Below are positions 1-10,205 of a stretch of DNA of 64,000 nt, piece after piece. Made by a program: the position numbers and the translations under genes. How positions within the stretch are numbered: position 1 is the stretch's first letter; each line of letters begins with the position of its first letter. Source of the DNA: Candidatus Adlerbacteria bacterium (lineage in GTDB: Bacteria > Patescibacteriota > Minisyncoccia > Phycocordibacterales > SBAW01); assembly GCA_003135635.1 (NCBI GenBank), contig PLCJ01000001.1, forward strand, positions 99,418-163,417. Direction: 5' to 3'. Under the pieces are notes generated by a model. That model saw nothing but the letters and a program-made list of their open reading frames with translations, was not told where the DNA came from and ran no database searches.

Positions 1-204
1 ACTGTAAATGGGTCAAATACCACCGGCCCCGACGCGCAGCAAGGTATTTTAACCTTGCTGCAAAATGGAAGTGGAGTCGGCACTGCGGTGCTTAACGTCA
101 GCGCACAAAATACAAATTCTGACCAGTTAGTACAAGCAGCAAGTGCCTCTCTTCAAATTCTTTTTGGACAAAACACCTCCAATACTTCTCTTTTTGGCTT
201 ATGA
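1..204 (+). CDS. Partial CDS (5' truncated), hypothetical Asn/Ser/Thr-rich protein C-terminus
   Basis: Frame 1 is open from base 1 (TVNGSNTTGPDAQQG...SLFGL*). Its TGA overlaps the next ATG (ATGA at 201-204). Confidence 0.7.
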   Translation, partial: TVNGSNTTGPDAQQGILTLLQNGSGVGTAVLNVSAQNTNSDQLVQAASASLQILFGQNTSNTSLFGL

Positions 205-1082
205 AAAAACCCTTGAACAGTTTTATATTTCTCGGAGTCATAGTAACAGTGATGACATTACTGGGCTCTTTTGCGCCCCTTATTGGGTACGCTCAAGGCT
301 CTCGCGCACAACCTGGGACTATTGATTCTTCCACCCCATATAGTCCTGCCACAACACCAAGCGGCTCTGGCACAACTCAAATCATATATACCCCCCTGGA
401 GCCTCTTACGACTACATTGGGGGGATTTGAAACTGGTAAACCTGGAGATTTCTCAAATCTTGTAAATGGTGTGTACAAACTTCTCATCGGACTTGGCGCC
501 ATACTTGCGGTTGTCACAATTGTTATCTACGGAATCTTATACATGACTTCGGAAGTAGCCAATACAAAAGCCATGGCAAAAACTCGCTTGCTAGGAGTAG
601 TGTATGGCCTGCTTATCCTTCTTGGTGCATGGATTATTCTTAACACTATCAATCCGCAGCTGGTCAAGGTTGGTTTGTTTCTACCAACTGTGACCTCCAC
701 GGCTTCGACAGGCACTACTGCATCCACTGCGTCTGTCCCATCTATAGCAAATAGTACGTGTGGTAACAACTACGATTATTTTTATATCTGTCCAAACCAT
801 GATGGTACTGTCTCTCAACAGAGTCAAGGTTTGAGTGAAAAGATATGTAACGCAAAACCTTCACAAGGAGGGTTGGGTGGTTATACTTCTTCCGCACACA
901 TATCGTGTGCGGAAGATAATAAGGCAACGGTTCCTATAATTGGCGGTATCAAAATCTTCGGTACTCCAATTCTTACGGGTAAGAATTATACTATTAATGG
1001 GGCCCTATCCCCTGGTTATAATTCATGTATAAATATTTTCACCACCGATGGGGGTTCAGAGGAATGCTTATACAATCAATAA
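201..1082 (+). CDS. VirB2/TrbC-like (CPR 'T4SS pilin') membrane protein with Cys-rich C-terminal domain
   Basis: Signal peptide, then the two-helix pilin motif 'LAVVTIVIYGILYMTSE...AKTRLLGVVYGLLILLGAWIILNTINPQL', a Thr/Ser linker and 6 Cys. Confidence 0.7.
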   Translation: MKKPLNSFIFLGVIVTVMTLLGSFAPLIGYAQGSRAQPGTIDSSTPYSPATTPSGSGTTQIIYTPLEPLTTTLGGFETGKPGDFSNLVNGVYKLLIGLGAILAVVTIVIYGILYMTSEVANTKAMAKTRLLGVVYGLLILLGAWIILNTINPQLVKVGLFLPTVTSTASTGTTASTASVPSIANSTCGNNYDYFYICPNHDGTVSQQSQGLSEKICNAKPSQGGLGGYTSSAHISCAEDNKATVPIIGGIKIFGTPILTGKNYTINGALSPGYNSCINIFTTDGGSEECLYNQ

Positions 1083-1085
1083 TAT

Positions 1086-2333
1086 ATGTGGAAACATAAA
1101 AATATACTTTTCGCTACAGGTATATTGGTACTCCTAGTACTTGTGGGGGGTATCTGGTTTTTCTTTTTCCACAACAGTACGCTGCCTTCTTCATTAAACA
1201 TTTCAGGACTGTTTGGACAACCTGCAAACAACACAAACTCCTCAAGTGGGTCGACAACGACAACGGTTCCTAATAATCAGACGTTGATAGAAAATGGAAC
1301 AAGTGCTGTTTCAAAGATTTTTGAAATATCTAACGGACCAGTAACCAGCGCAACATTTATACAAACTTCCAACCCAACTACAACACTTGCCCGCTTCATG
1401 ACACAACAAGATGGACATGTGTTTGATCTACCGATTAATGTGTCGGGAGCTGTACTCCGTCCTGTCTCAGATATCACCATTCCTGGAACACAGCGTGCGC
1501 TATGGGTGCAAGGAGGAAGTGCTGTCGTGCTTCAGTATCTTGATAATCAAACAATTAAAACAGTGTACGAGGGCTTCCCCAAGACGGTGAGTGCCACTTC
1601 TTCTGCAGGAACAAGTCGTGTTCAATTTCTTCCGGATAACATCCTTGATATTGCAGCGTCTCCAGACGGAACACAGGTGGCCTACATTCTTAAAAACAAC
1701 AGCGGGGGGGTCAACGGATACATTGCACTTGCAGATGGTTCCGTACCAAAAAATATCTTTTCTATTCCGTTAACACAATTACTCATTACATGGCCAGCAC
1801 CAACAACCTTGTTGCTGCAAACAAAATCAGCCGCAGATACTGAAGGAGTAATATTTGCAGTCGGCACAAAAAGTGGAATTGTTTTGCCCTTGGTAGATGG
1901 AGCGGGGATTACTGCAATCGCAAATAAAGATTTAAGTGAGATCATATATCAAACGAGGCTCAGTGGTGAAAGTTATACACATATACATCAATTAGCAACA
2001 GGAAATGATATTCGGCTTCCTACGGATCCAATTCCAGAAAAATGCATCTGGGGCTCTATTGCAACAACGATGTTGTATTGTGCCAATCCAATTTCATATG
2101 TTTCTGCAGGTTATCTTGATTTCTGGCACCAAGGAACCGCAAGCACGGCGGACAACATTTTCGCATTTAGCATTCCCGCAGGATCTTCCGTGGTAGTCGC
2201 GGCTCCTGGTTCAACGGAAGACGGTGGCTCGCCAGCAGACATTGCCGGACTTGCAATATCTCTTGATAATAATTACCTTCTATACGTGACAAAAGGTGGT
2301 AGAAGCCTGTGGGGTGTGCGACTTACACAGTAG
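1086..2333 (+). CDS. Membrane-anchored extracellular protein, probable TolB-like beta-propeller
   Basis: N-terminal TM helix, S/T/N-rich linker, 'IAASPDGTQVAY' and 'ISLDNNYLLY' blade motifs. Confidence 0.6.
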   Translation: MWKHKNILFATGILVLLVLVGGIWFFFFHNSTLPSSLNISGLFGQPANNTNSSSGSTTTTVPNNQTLIENGTSAVSKIFEISNGPVTSATFIQTSNPTTTLARFMTQQDGHVFDLPINVSGAVLRPVSDITIPGTQRALWVQGGSAVVLQYLDNQTIKTVYEGFPKTVSATSSAGTSRVQFLPDNILDIAASPDGTQVAYILKNNSGGVNGYIALADGSVPKNIFSIPLTQLLITWPAPTTLLLQTKSAADTEGVIFAVGTKSGIVLPLVDGAGITAIANKDLSEIIYQTRLSGESYTHIHQLATGNDIRLPTDPIPEKCIWGSIATTMLYCANPISYVSAGYLDFWHQGTASTADNIFAFSIPAGSSVVVAAPGSTEDGGSPADIAGLAISLDNNYLLYVTKGGRSLWGVRLTQ

Positions 2334-2790
2334 TGTGACTTTCTTGGCGATACTTTAAAACAACATGCCGGAACTTGCCGGTGCCTTGCGACTCCGTTTG
2401 AATTTCTGGATCTTCTGCAAACAGCTCGTGGATCACGAGGCGTTCATAAGAGGACATAGGGCTCATCTCCACATCGTGCTTAAACAGGCGCGCCCGTTGG
2501 GCGAGCATTTGCGCATTTGCACGAACTTGCTCCATTTGTTTTTCACGATAACCATTGACATCAATAAGAAAGTTTATCGCCTCCTCCCCATACTTTGTTT
2601 CAATAAGACGCCGTACGACAACATTTAATGCGCGCAAATGTTCTCCATCGGGGCCAATAAGTCGTTTTGAATCGGAAGTCGAAACATTTACTACAGTTCG
2701 CTGGCCAGTTATTAGGTCAATCGTATCCACTTCAATTCCAAGCGTTTGCAGAAGTTGAGTTACCAGTTGTGTAAGCGTGTCGGCCTGCAT
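2323..2790 (-). CDS. jag: Jag/KhpB-like KH-R3H RNA-binding protein (short form)
   Basis: KH 'LIGPDGEHLRAL' and R3H 'PMSSYERLVIHE'; downstream of yidC. Confidence 0.85.
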   Translation of the reverse strand: MQADTLTQLVTQLLQTLGIEVDTIDLITGQRTVVNVSTSDSKRLIGPDGEHLRALNVVVRRLIETKYGEEAINFLIDVNGYREKQMEQVRANAQMLAQRARLFKHDVEMSPMSSYERLVIHELFAEDPEIQTESQGTGKFRHVVLKYRQESHTTV

Positions 2791-2830
2791 GCGGCCTACG
2801 ATACCTCAAAGAAGCGGGCCTTTCAAGGCT

Positions 2831-3544
2831 TTACTTTTTGGTCATATGCTGACGAATGACTAATTCCTGACCCATAGACACGATATTGCCGGTTATAAAA
2901 TAGAGGCCGACCGCAGCAGGAAAAGAAAAAGCAAGAACACCGAGCACTGCGGGCATAGCGTAGAGCATGCTCGTGCGTTGCATGCGCTGTGTCGCTTCTT
3001 GTTCTTTGGAGAGTTTTTGGGGTACCGTTGCACTGCGGATGAGGGAAAGTTGAATGGCTCCGTATTGCGTTACTGCCACGAGAAACGCGAGCACTATATT
3101 ATGAATGCCGAGAAGATTTACGATTCCCAAAAAAACAACCGTTACTGTTATGGGGGCATGCACAAAGGAATACAGAAGCTGCGTGTCAATGTGTGGCAAC
3201 CCTTCTCTAAAGAGAGCAAAGTAGAGAGCAAAAAAGACCGGAATTTGTACTATAATCGCCAGAAGACCCCCAAATGGACTAATTTTTTTCTCTTTAAAGA
3301 GTGCCCCGGTACGTTTGGCACGTTCTTCGGGATTATCTTTGTAGACCTTATTTATTTCTGCTAATTCTCCCTGCACTGCCTGCATGCCCATCTGGGTCTT
3401 GATGGAAGCAGAAAAGGCCGGATAAAAAAGGATGCGAATGCCAAGCGTCAATATAATAATGGCCCAGCCGACATTGCCATTGGTAATGCCAATCAAGAAA
3501 ATAAAAACGTTATAGATTGGATTTATGAGAATTGTTTGGAACAT
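2831..3544 (-). CDS. yidC: Membrane protein insertase YidC (short form)
   Basis: 'GWAIIILTLGIRILFYP', 'QIPVFFALY', 'GLYFITGN'; origin-proximal synteny. Confidence 0.92.
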   Translation of the reverse strand: MFQTILINPIYNVFIFLIGITNGNVGWAIIILTLGIRILFYPAFSASIKTQMGMQAVQGELAEINKVYKDNPEERAKRTGALFKEKKISPFGGLLAIIVQIPVFFALYFALFREGLPHIDTQLLYSFVHAPITVTVVFLGIVNLLGIHNIVLAFLVAVTQYGAIQLSLIRSATVPQKLSKEQEATQRMQRTSMLYAMPAVLGVLAFSFPAAVGLYFITGNIVSMGQELVIRQHMTKK

Positions 3545-3846
3545 ACAGTTTGCAAATCATTGATAAAGGCAGTTATGTGCGGCCGCGGAGGAATTTTCTT
3601 AATAAAGAACACTGCTTGAACTTCTGAGGTGAGCGAAAGGTTTTGCAGAGCAGTGTACAAAGAGCGTCGAAGTCGGTGGCGCATCACCGCAGTTTTGGCA
3701 AGTTTTTTAGACACGACGGCCGCACTACGAAACCCGCCCGACTTTGTAATATAGCGCAAAGAGAGATACTGCCCCTTAAGAGAACGACCGGTGGCAATAA
3801 CGTTAAGAACTTCATTTGATCGTAGTCGACGACTATGAGAGAGCAT
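3523..3846 (-). CDS. rnpA: Ribonuclease P protein component
   Basis: 'MLSHSRRL...VVSKKLAKTAVMRHRLRR' RNR-like motif; between rpmH and yidC. Start set to ATG 3846. Confidence 0.88.
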   Translation of the reverse strand: MLSHSRRLRSNEVLNVIATGRSLKGQYLSLRYITKSGGFRSAAVVSKKLAKTAVMRHRLRRSLYTALQNLSLTSEVQAVFFIKKIPPRPHITAFINDLQTVCSKQFS

Positions 3847-3853
3847 ATCCAGC

Positions 3854-4006
3854 TCAAGAACGTTTTCTACTCCCCACAGCGAGACGAGTGCGGCCTTTAC
3901 GCGCACGACGTTTCAGTATTTGGCGTCCACCTGGAGTTCTGCTTCTCTTTAAAAATCCGTGAGTTCGAGCACGTTTGCGCTTTTTTGGTTGATACGTTTG
4001 AGACAT
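3854..4006 (-). CDS. rpmH: 50S ribosomal protein L34
   Basis: [42 protein letters not shown]; divergent from dnaA. Confidence 0.97.
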   Translation of the reverse strand: MSQTYQPKKRKRARTHGFLKRSRTPGGRQILKRRARKGRTRLAVGSRKRS

Positions 4007-4041
4007 AGAGGTGTAATAGTACCCGGTTGCACCAATATAGC

Positions 4042-4113
4042 CTATCAACAAGTTCTCCACAACTTCTGCACATGTTTGTACATTTTGACACCTGCTCGCC
4101 GCTGCAATATCCT
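4042..4113 (+). promoter_or_regulatory. dnaA promoter with upstream DnaA-box-like repeats
   Basis: CTATCAACA (4042), TTCTCCACA (4053), TTCTGCACA (4064) at 11-bp period; TTGACA (4085)-N17-TATCCT (4108). Confidence 0.75.
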
Positions 4114-4127
4114 GTGAGGTACCTTCT

Positions 4128-5468
4128 ATGACCACCACGAAAGACCTTTGGGAAAACACTCTCGTTGAACTTGAACTCACTATTTCTCCACCTAATTTCA
4201 ATACTTGGTTTCGAGACACCCATATCGTTCGCGTAGAGGACAATACCGTGTATCTTGGGGTGCCGAGTCAGTTTGCCCGCGATTGGCTTTCGCGCAAGTT
4301 TCATAAGGATATTTTACGCTCGCTGCGCGGACTCTCTGAGAACGTGCGCTCTATTGAATATATAATTTCCCGCGGCACTAAAAAGACTCCGGAGGAGATT
4401 GTTTCTACCCCCGCTGCTCCCTCAGAGCTCCCGCTTGAGGCGGTGCACACAAAAAGTAATCTAAATCCTCGCTTCACTCTTTCGAGTTTTGTCGTGGGAC
4501 CTTTTAACGAACTCGCCCACGCCGCAGCCCAAGCAGTGATACGAAAACCAGGTATTGCGTACAACCCTCTCCTCATATACGGTCCTACGGGGCTCGGCAA
4601 AACGCATCTCATTCAAGCAATAGGAAATCACTTTCGCGTACACGCGCCCGACAGAAAGGTGTTTTACATGACCTCTGAAAAATTTTCTATGGATTACGTC
4701 TCAGCGCTTCAGGCAGGAAAAGTCCATAGTTTTAAAGAGCGATACCGACAGTATGATCTCCTGGTCATGGATGATGTGCAATTTCTTGCAGGCCGCGACA
4801 AGATAAAAGAGGAGTTCTTCCATCTCTTTAATTATCTCTATGACGGTAATAAGCAATTAGTATTTACTTCGGATCAACATCCAAATTTTATTCAGCAACT
4901 GGAAGACCGCATCAAATCGCGCCTGAGTGCCGGTATGATCGTTTCTATAACCCCACCGGATCACCAATCGCGTTTGGCAATTGTTCGAGCAAAAGCGGCG
5001 GTACACAAAGTCGTGCTTTCTGATGAAATTCTCGATTATTTAGCAGCAACAGTTGAAGGAAATGTGCGTGAGTTGGAAGGGGCTCTTAATCTTCTTCTCA
5101 TTCAATTTGAAATGCGAGAAGGACCACTCACACTTGCCGACACAAAGAATATTTTGCGAACCGCCGCGGGGACAGCAAAAAAAGCAGTGTCAGTAGGAGA
5201 GGTAGTAAAAATAATTGCAAATTTTTATGGCATAGAAGAGACGAGTATTTATGAAAAAACGAGACGCAAAGAGGTTGTGCGGCCGCGACAAGTGATTATG
5301 TTTCTCCTGCGTGATGATTTTCACCTCTCATTTCCTGCGATAGGGGACAAGATGGGCGGTCGTGATCATACAACAGTTATTCACTCTTGTGACAAAATAA
5401 AAAATGAGCTTCTTTCAGATAGTATCCTTAACCAAGAGATTAGCCAGATTCGTCTGATGTTGAAATGA
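4128..5468 (+). CDS. dnaA: Chromosomal replication initiator DnaA
   Basis: '[17 protein letters not shown]', 'DDVQF', 'NVRELEGAL', '[10 protein letters not shown]'. Confidence 0.99.
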   Translation: MTTTKDLWENTLVELELTISPPNFNTWFRDTHIVRVEDNTVYLGVPSQFARDWLSRKFHKDILRSLRGLSENVRSIEYIISRGTKKTPEEIVSTPAAPSELPLEAVHTKSNLNPRFTLSSFVVGPFNELAHAAAQAVIRKPGIAYNPLLIYGPTGLGKTHLIQAIGNHFRVHAPDRKVFYMTSEKFSMDYVSALQAGKVHSFKERYRQYDLLVMDDVQFLAGRDKIKEEFFHLFNYLYDGNKQLVFTSDQHPNFIQQLEDRIKSRLSAGMIVSITPPDHQSRLAIVRAKAAVHKVVLSDEILDYLAATVEGNVRELEGALNLLLIQFEMREGPLTLADTKNILRTAAGTAKKAVSVGEVVKIIANFYGIEETSIYEKTRRKEVVRPRQVIMFLLRDDFHLSFPAIGDKMGGRDHTTVIHSCDKIKNELLSDSILNQEISQIRLMLK

Positions 5469-5675
5469 TGGGGAAAAGAGCACAACAGTCTGTGGAAAGT
5501 ATGCACCAATTATCTGTTAGTAATATAGTTTTTGACTCTTATACACACTGTACTATTGTTATCCCCGCAGCGCTTCGGATAAATACCTCAAGAGAGACCT
5601 ACATAAAAATGACATATCCACCAATCCACAGCACTAGTAATAGTAATAGAGTATAAATAGATACCTATACACACT
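5469..5675. other. oriC unwinding region (DnaA boxes plus DnaA-trios)
   Basis: TTATACACA (5539); overlapping ATATCCACC/CAATCCACA (5614-5630); GCA; CTA GTA ATA GTA ATA (5634-5648); located in the dnaA-dnaN gap. Confidence 0.85.
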
Positions 5676-6773
5676 ATGCGATTTGAAACTCCCACCGAAC
5701 AATTTCATAACGCAGTATCTATAGCTGCTCGGTTTGCTGAGAGGCGAGCAAACCTCTCCGCGCTTGCAGGTATTCTTATTGCTGCAGAAAATGGAAGAAT
5801 TCTTCTACGAGCTACTAATCTGGAATGCGGTGTTGAAATCAGCCTACCGGCAAAAGTGACTGAAGGAGGAGTGGTGGCTATTCCAGCACATACGCTTCAG
5901 GGGTTTATCTCTAATGTTCGTGGTAAGTCGGTATCTGTGGCTCACGTTGGTGAAGTAGTTCGTGTAGAAACTGATCGAGCGGTTGCTTCAATAAAAACTC
6001 TACCCGCAGATGACTTTCCTATTTTGCCACGAGTATCTGCCTCAACAGTATTTACCATTAAATCAAACGATCTCACCCGTGTGATTCGCAGCGTTGCGTT
6101 TTGTGCTGCAACATCAACTATTAAGCCGGAGCTACAAAGCATATTACTCTTTGCCGATGCAGGGAAGCTCAGCGCTGTAGCGACAGACTCTTTTCGTCTT
6201 GCAGAAAAAACTGCTTCCTTGCGCTCTGGTGGTAGTGTGCCACACCTTCTCCTTCCCGCACGAAACGCGGTGGAGTTTATGCGCATTCTTGAAACATACC
6301 AGGGCGATATTGATGTGTATTACAACGAAAATCAAATTTCAGCACACATTAACACAATCTATTTCACAAGTCGTCTTGTTGATGGATCTTTTCCTAATTA
6401 CCGACAAATTATTCCTGCCTCCTTTAGCACGGAGGCCGTAGTATTACGGGAAGACTTTTCTCAGGCGCTCAAATCGCTTTCTATCTTTAGTGATAAATTT
6501 TTCCACATGTCCTTTGCAATAGAACCTAGCAAAAAAGCACTTATTCTTTCTTCGCACAATCCTGATGTTGGTGAGCAAACATCAACAATACATGCAGCTA
6601 TTTCCGGAGAGGCGGTCACGATGTCATTTAATAGTCGTTATCTTGCCGACAGCCTACAAGCAATTAGTGGCGAAAGTATCCGCATACTTTCAAACGGGAT
6701 GGGGAAAGCAATTCTTATTAAAGATGCGGCAGATGAATCATTTCTCTATCTCGCGATGCCCATGAACCGTTAA
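5676..6773 (+). CDS. dnaN: DNA polymerase III beta clamp
   Basis: 'ATNLE', 'VATDSFRLA', 'SRLVDGSFPNY', C-terminal 'YLAMPM'. Confidence 0.98.
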   Translation: MRFETPTEQFHNAVSIAARFAERRANLSALAGILIAAENGRILLRATNLECGVEISLPAKVTEGGVVAIPAHTLQGFISNVRGKSVSVAHVGEVVRVETDRAVASIKTLPADDFPILPRVSASTVFTIKSNDLTRVIRSVAFCAATSTIKPELQSILLFADAGKLSAVATDSFRLAEKTASLRSGGSVPHLLLPARNAVEFMRILETYQGDIDVYYNENQISAHINTIYFTSRLVDGSFPNYRQIIPASFSTEAVVLREDFSQALKSLSIFSDKFFHMSFAIEPSKKALILSSHNPDVGEQTSTIHAAISGEAVTMSFNSRYLADSLQAISGESIRILSNGMGKAILIKDAADESFLYLAMPMNR

Positions 6774-8929
6774 ACGGGCGGGGCTCCGATAGGACTCGTT
6801 GTTGGGACTCCTTGAGGACCATTAAATCCGTTCTGTATTCCCCACTGCACAACCGGAGGGTCCCACAGGCGAAATTCCGGATCACTAGAAGGGTTTGTGA
6901 GAGGTGGTCCATTGGGATTATTTTTGTTCACCCAGTAGAGAATCTCATGGAGATAGCCATCAGCACCCGGTATTTGCCAATCTCCTTGTAATATAGGCTT
7001 GAGTCCTGTCGTAGTGGCCGTATCGTTTCTTACGAAAGAAACGTTTGGAAGTGTGTTTATCGCATAATCCATAAATTCGTGCCACATGGGACCCACAATA
7101 AAGCCAGACACTTTTTTTACCATGGGGCTATTATCGTTATTACCTGCCCAGACACCCACTACTAGGTTCGGGGTGTAGCCAATGGTCCAAGCATCACGAT
7201 AATTATTGGTGGTACCGGTTTTAACGGCAACGTCGTGGCCCGGGAAACTTAAAAATCCATTTTCACCAAGCGGTGCGCGCGCAACTGCATCGGAAAGTAT
7301 GTTATTGATACTTTCTGCAATCGAGTTTTGCAGTATAGGGGTTCCTTCTACTTGCGTATTGTCCTCGATGGCATTGCCATTTTGATCTTCGACCTTAAGC
7401 ACGGCGATAGGAGCGTAGTGCGTGCCATTAGTCGCAAACGTGTCATACGCACCCACCATATCAAGGAGTGTCACTTCGCCACCACCAAGCACCAAGGTGA
7501 GGCCATACTGGCCTGGGTCGCCCAAAGTCTCCACACCCATGCTTTTGGCAAGCGTTAGTGTGTCACTAATGCCAGCAAGGTAGAGCACTTTGACCGAGGG
7601 CACATTTATTGATTGGGCAAGAGCGTCGCGAAGGGTCATAGGTCCACGAAATTTATTATCATAATTAGTCGGAGAATAGCAGTTAGGTTGGCCGGGTGTA
7701 AAATCATTTGCTGCACAGTTAGTTGAGAACTGTGTGGGGACGTCAAATACTACCGTATCGGGTGTATAACCTTTTATAAACGCTTCGGCATAGGCAAACG
7801 GTTTGAACGACGAACCGGGCTGGCGCGATGCCAAGGTGACATTGTAATTGCCATCAATAGTAGTATCAAAATAGTTGCGCGAGCCGACCATCGCAAGTAT
7901 CTGTCCCGTATTGGGGTCAAGAGCCACAAGACCGGCGTTTGATGCATTGAATGTTTTTGCGTTTGAGAGGGCCCATTTTTGTACGATTGCTTGTGCTTGT
8001 GTCTGCATATCGGCATTAAGAGTGGTAATAACCTTCCACCCACCATGCTGAAGCACATCAATTCCATATTTATTTTCTAGATACTGTTGGACATAAAAAA
8101 CAAAATGCGGAGCGAGAATAGAAGTCGTTTGCAGCGGCTGAAAGACCACTTGTTCGCTCTGCGCTACTGTCAGCTGCTCTTGGGTGATATAGCCGTATGC
8201 AAACATTTTTTGCAGCACCAGATTCTTACGGGCATCCAGGTCACTCCTGTGATTCCCATAGGGAGAGTAGTATGTCGGAGCAGGGAGCACGGCCGCTAAA
8301 TATGCCGCCTGGGCGAGGTCGACATCGCTTGCATGAGTATTAAAAAAAGTTTCTGATGCCTGTTCCACTCCGTAAATATTTCCCCCATAGGGTGATTGGT
8401 TGAGATAAATCTCCAAAATCTGATCTTTAGAGAGCGAACGCGTGAGTTTAAGCGCCAATACCCATTCCTTCAATTTGCGCGTAATACTTTTGTCATTAGA
8501 GAGGATGGTTTCTTTGACGACTTGCTGGGTAAGGGTGGAACCGCCCTGTACCGACCCGCCATGAAGAACATCCGCCAGGAATGCGCGGATAATTGAGGTT
8601 GGTCGAATGCCGCTATTTTCATAAAACGTAGCATCTTCTATGGCAATAGTCGCATCCTGGATGTTTGGAGAAATTTGGGATAGCGGCACTACGGTGCGGC
8701 GCGTATCATTATTAAGATCATACAGAAGGACCGTGCCCGTGCGATCATATATATTTACTGATTGTTCTACTACTCGGTTTTCAAGCGAGGACAGGTCGGG
8801 GAGTTGTAGTGTCGAGGCCCACAACAAAAAAATTCCTGCTAGAGCGAAAAACCCTCCTCCTATCCAGAGCAGAGTTGTTTTCCAGTGTTTTTTTATGGAG
8901 CGTAGAAACTGCTTTTTTGAGAAGCGCAT
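6770..8929 (-). CDS. Class A penicillin-binding protein (PBP1A family)
   Basis: Transglycosylase 'AIED..FY', 'GGSTLTQQ', 'RKLKE'; transpeptidase SSFK, SIN, KTG. Start set to ATG 8929. Confidence 0.95.
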   Translation of the reverse strand: MRFSKKQFLRSIKKHWKTTLLWIGGGFFALAGIFLLWASTLQLPDLSSLENRVVEQSVNIYDRTGTVLLYDLNNDTRRTVVPLSQISPNIQDATIAIEDATFYENSGIRPTSIIRAFLADVLHGGSVQGGSTLTQQVVKETILSNDKSITRKLKEWVLALKLTRSLSKDQILEIYLNQSPYGGNIYGVEQASETFFNTHASDVDLAQAAYLAAVLPAPTYYSPYGNHRSDLDARKNLVLQKMFAYGYITQEQLTVAQSEQVVFQPLQTTSILAPHFVFYVQQYLENKYGIDVLQHGGWKVITTLNADMQTQAQAIVQKWALSNAKTFNASNAGLVALDPNTGQILAMVGSRNYFDTTIDGNYNVTLASRQPGSSFKPFAYAEAFIKGYTPDTVVFDVPTQFSTNCAANDFTPGQPNCYSPTNYDNKFRGPMTLRDALAQSINVPSVKVLYLAGISDTLTLAKSMGVETLGDPGQYGLTLVLGGGEVTLLDMVGAYDTFATNGTHYAPIAVLKVEDQNGNAIEDNTQVEGTPILQNSIAESINNILSDAVARAPLGENGFLSFPGHDVAVKTGTTNNYRDAWTIGYTPNLVVGVWAGNNDNSPMVKKVSGFIVGPMWHEFMDYAINTLPNVSFVRNDTATTTGLKPILQGDWQIPGADGYLHEILYWVNKNNPNGPPLTNPSSDPEFRLWDPPVVQWGIQNGFNGPQGVPTTSPIGAPPV

Positions 8930-8963
8930 GCGGCGATTATAACACCGTGTTAGAGTGTCTGGT
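8930..8963. promoter_or_regulatory. Back-to-back extended -10 promoters for PBP (-) and tyrS (+)
   Basis: Minus strand TGTTATAAT-6 nt-ATG; plus strand TGTTAGAGT-7 nt-ATG; centred on TAACAC-C-GTGTTA. Confidence 0.65.
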
Positions 8964-10181
8964 ATGGGATTTTTGCCTACGTCAAAAGTATCAACTGACG
9001 AGGTGGTTATTGAGGAAATACTTACCAGAAGTATTGCAAGCGTTCTTCCTTCCAAAGAAGAACTGAGAATCCTCTTGCGCCAAGGGAAGCACCTGCGTAT
9101 CTATCTTGGTGTTGATGCGACTGGGGCGCAGCTCCACCTGGGGCACGCGACAAATTTTCTTCTTCTTGAAAAACTACGTATGCTCGGACATGAAATTATT
9201 ATTTTGTTTGGTGATTTTACCGCTCGTATCGGTGATCCTACGAACAAAGAGGCAGTACGACGTCAACTTTCTATGGAGGAGGTTGAGAGAAATATTTCAG
9301 ACTGGAAGACACAAGTTTCAAAAGTAATTCGTTTTTCGGGAACAAATCCTGCAAAAATCTTGCGCAATAGCGTGTGGCTTTCAAAACTTACCACCAACGA
9401 GCTCGTTGATATCGCCGCTATTTTTACGCTGCAGCAGATGGTGGAGCGGGATATGTTTGAAAATCGGATCAAAGAGGGGAAGCCCATATACCTGCACGAG
9501 TTTCTCTATCCGCTGCTGCAAGGATATGACAGTGTTGCCATGGATGTAGACGTGGAAGTGGGAGGAAGCGACCAGACCTTCAACATGCTTATGGGTCGAA
9601 CTCTGCAAAAAAAATATCACCACAAAAATAAATTTGTCATTGCAACAACTCTTCTTGAAGATCCACGCACTGGCAAAAAACTCATGAGCAAAAGTGAAGG
9701 ATCCTACATTGCCCTTAACGACGCTCCAAGCGAGATGTTTGGTAAAACCATGGCGCTTCCGGATGGGGTGGTCAGGCAAATGTTTATCGACACCACACTG
9801 TTGCCCATGACTGAAATAGAGGCAGTACTGCAGGGTCATCCAAAAGACGCCAAGATGCGTCTTGCCCGCGAAATTGTCACGCTCTATCACGACAAAGATG
9901 CTGCTAAGAAAGCTGAAGAAAACTTTTCCTCAACTTTTAGTGAGGGAGAAATACCTGAAGGTATACAAACAATTGAGGTAGAGAAAAACACCACTCTTTT
10001 CAGTGTGCTCATTGAGCAGAAATTGATTTCTTCTCGTTCTGATTTTTCTCGGCTACTTCAGCAAGGCGCGATTAAAGATCTAAGTACTGGAGAGAAACTC
10101 AAAGATCATAATTTTATTATAGAAAGAGAGATCACACTACGCATCGGCAAACATCGGTTTCTAAAGATTATGGTCAACTGA
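8964..10181 (+). CDS. tyrS: Tyrosine--tRNA ligase
   Basis: HLGH, 'YPLLQGYD', 'GGSDQTFN', LMSKS, C-terminal S4-like domain. Confidence 0.97.
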   Translation: MGFLPTSKVSTDEVVIEEILTRSIASVLPSKEELRILLRQGKHLRIYLGVDATGAQLHLGHATNFLLLEKLRMLGHEIIILFGDFTARIGDPTNKEAVRRQLSMEEVERNISDWKTQVSKVIRFSGTNPAKILRNSVWLSKLTTNELVDIAAIFTLQQMVERDMFENRIKEGKPIYLHEFLYPLLQGYDSVAMDVDVEVGGSDQTFNMLMGRTLQKKYHHKNKFVIATTLLEDPRTGKKLMSKSEGSYIALNDAPSEMFGKTMALPDGVVRQMFIDTTLLPMTEIEAVLQGHPKDAKMRLAREIVTLYHDKDAAKKAEENFSSTFSEGEIPEGIQTIEVEKNTTLFSVLIEQKLISSRSDFSRLLQQGAIKDLSTGEKLKDHNFIIEREITLRIGKHRFLKIMVN

Positions 10182-10204
10182 AAACTCGCCCGCGGGCGAG
10201 TTTT
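10181..10204. terminator. Bidirectional intrinsic terminator
   Basis: AAAACTCGCCC-GC-GGGCGAGTTTT between convergent genes. Confidence 0.8.
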
Positions 10205-10205
10205 C

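Noticed and set aside
3854-4304. Long ORFs overlapping the dnaA start
   Set aside because: Only the last 50 codons (L34) are real; the rest overlaps the dnaA promoter and CDS.
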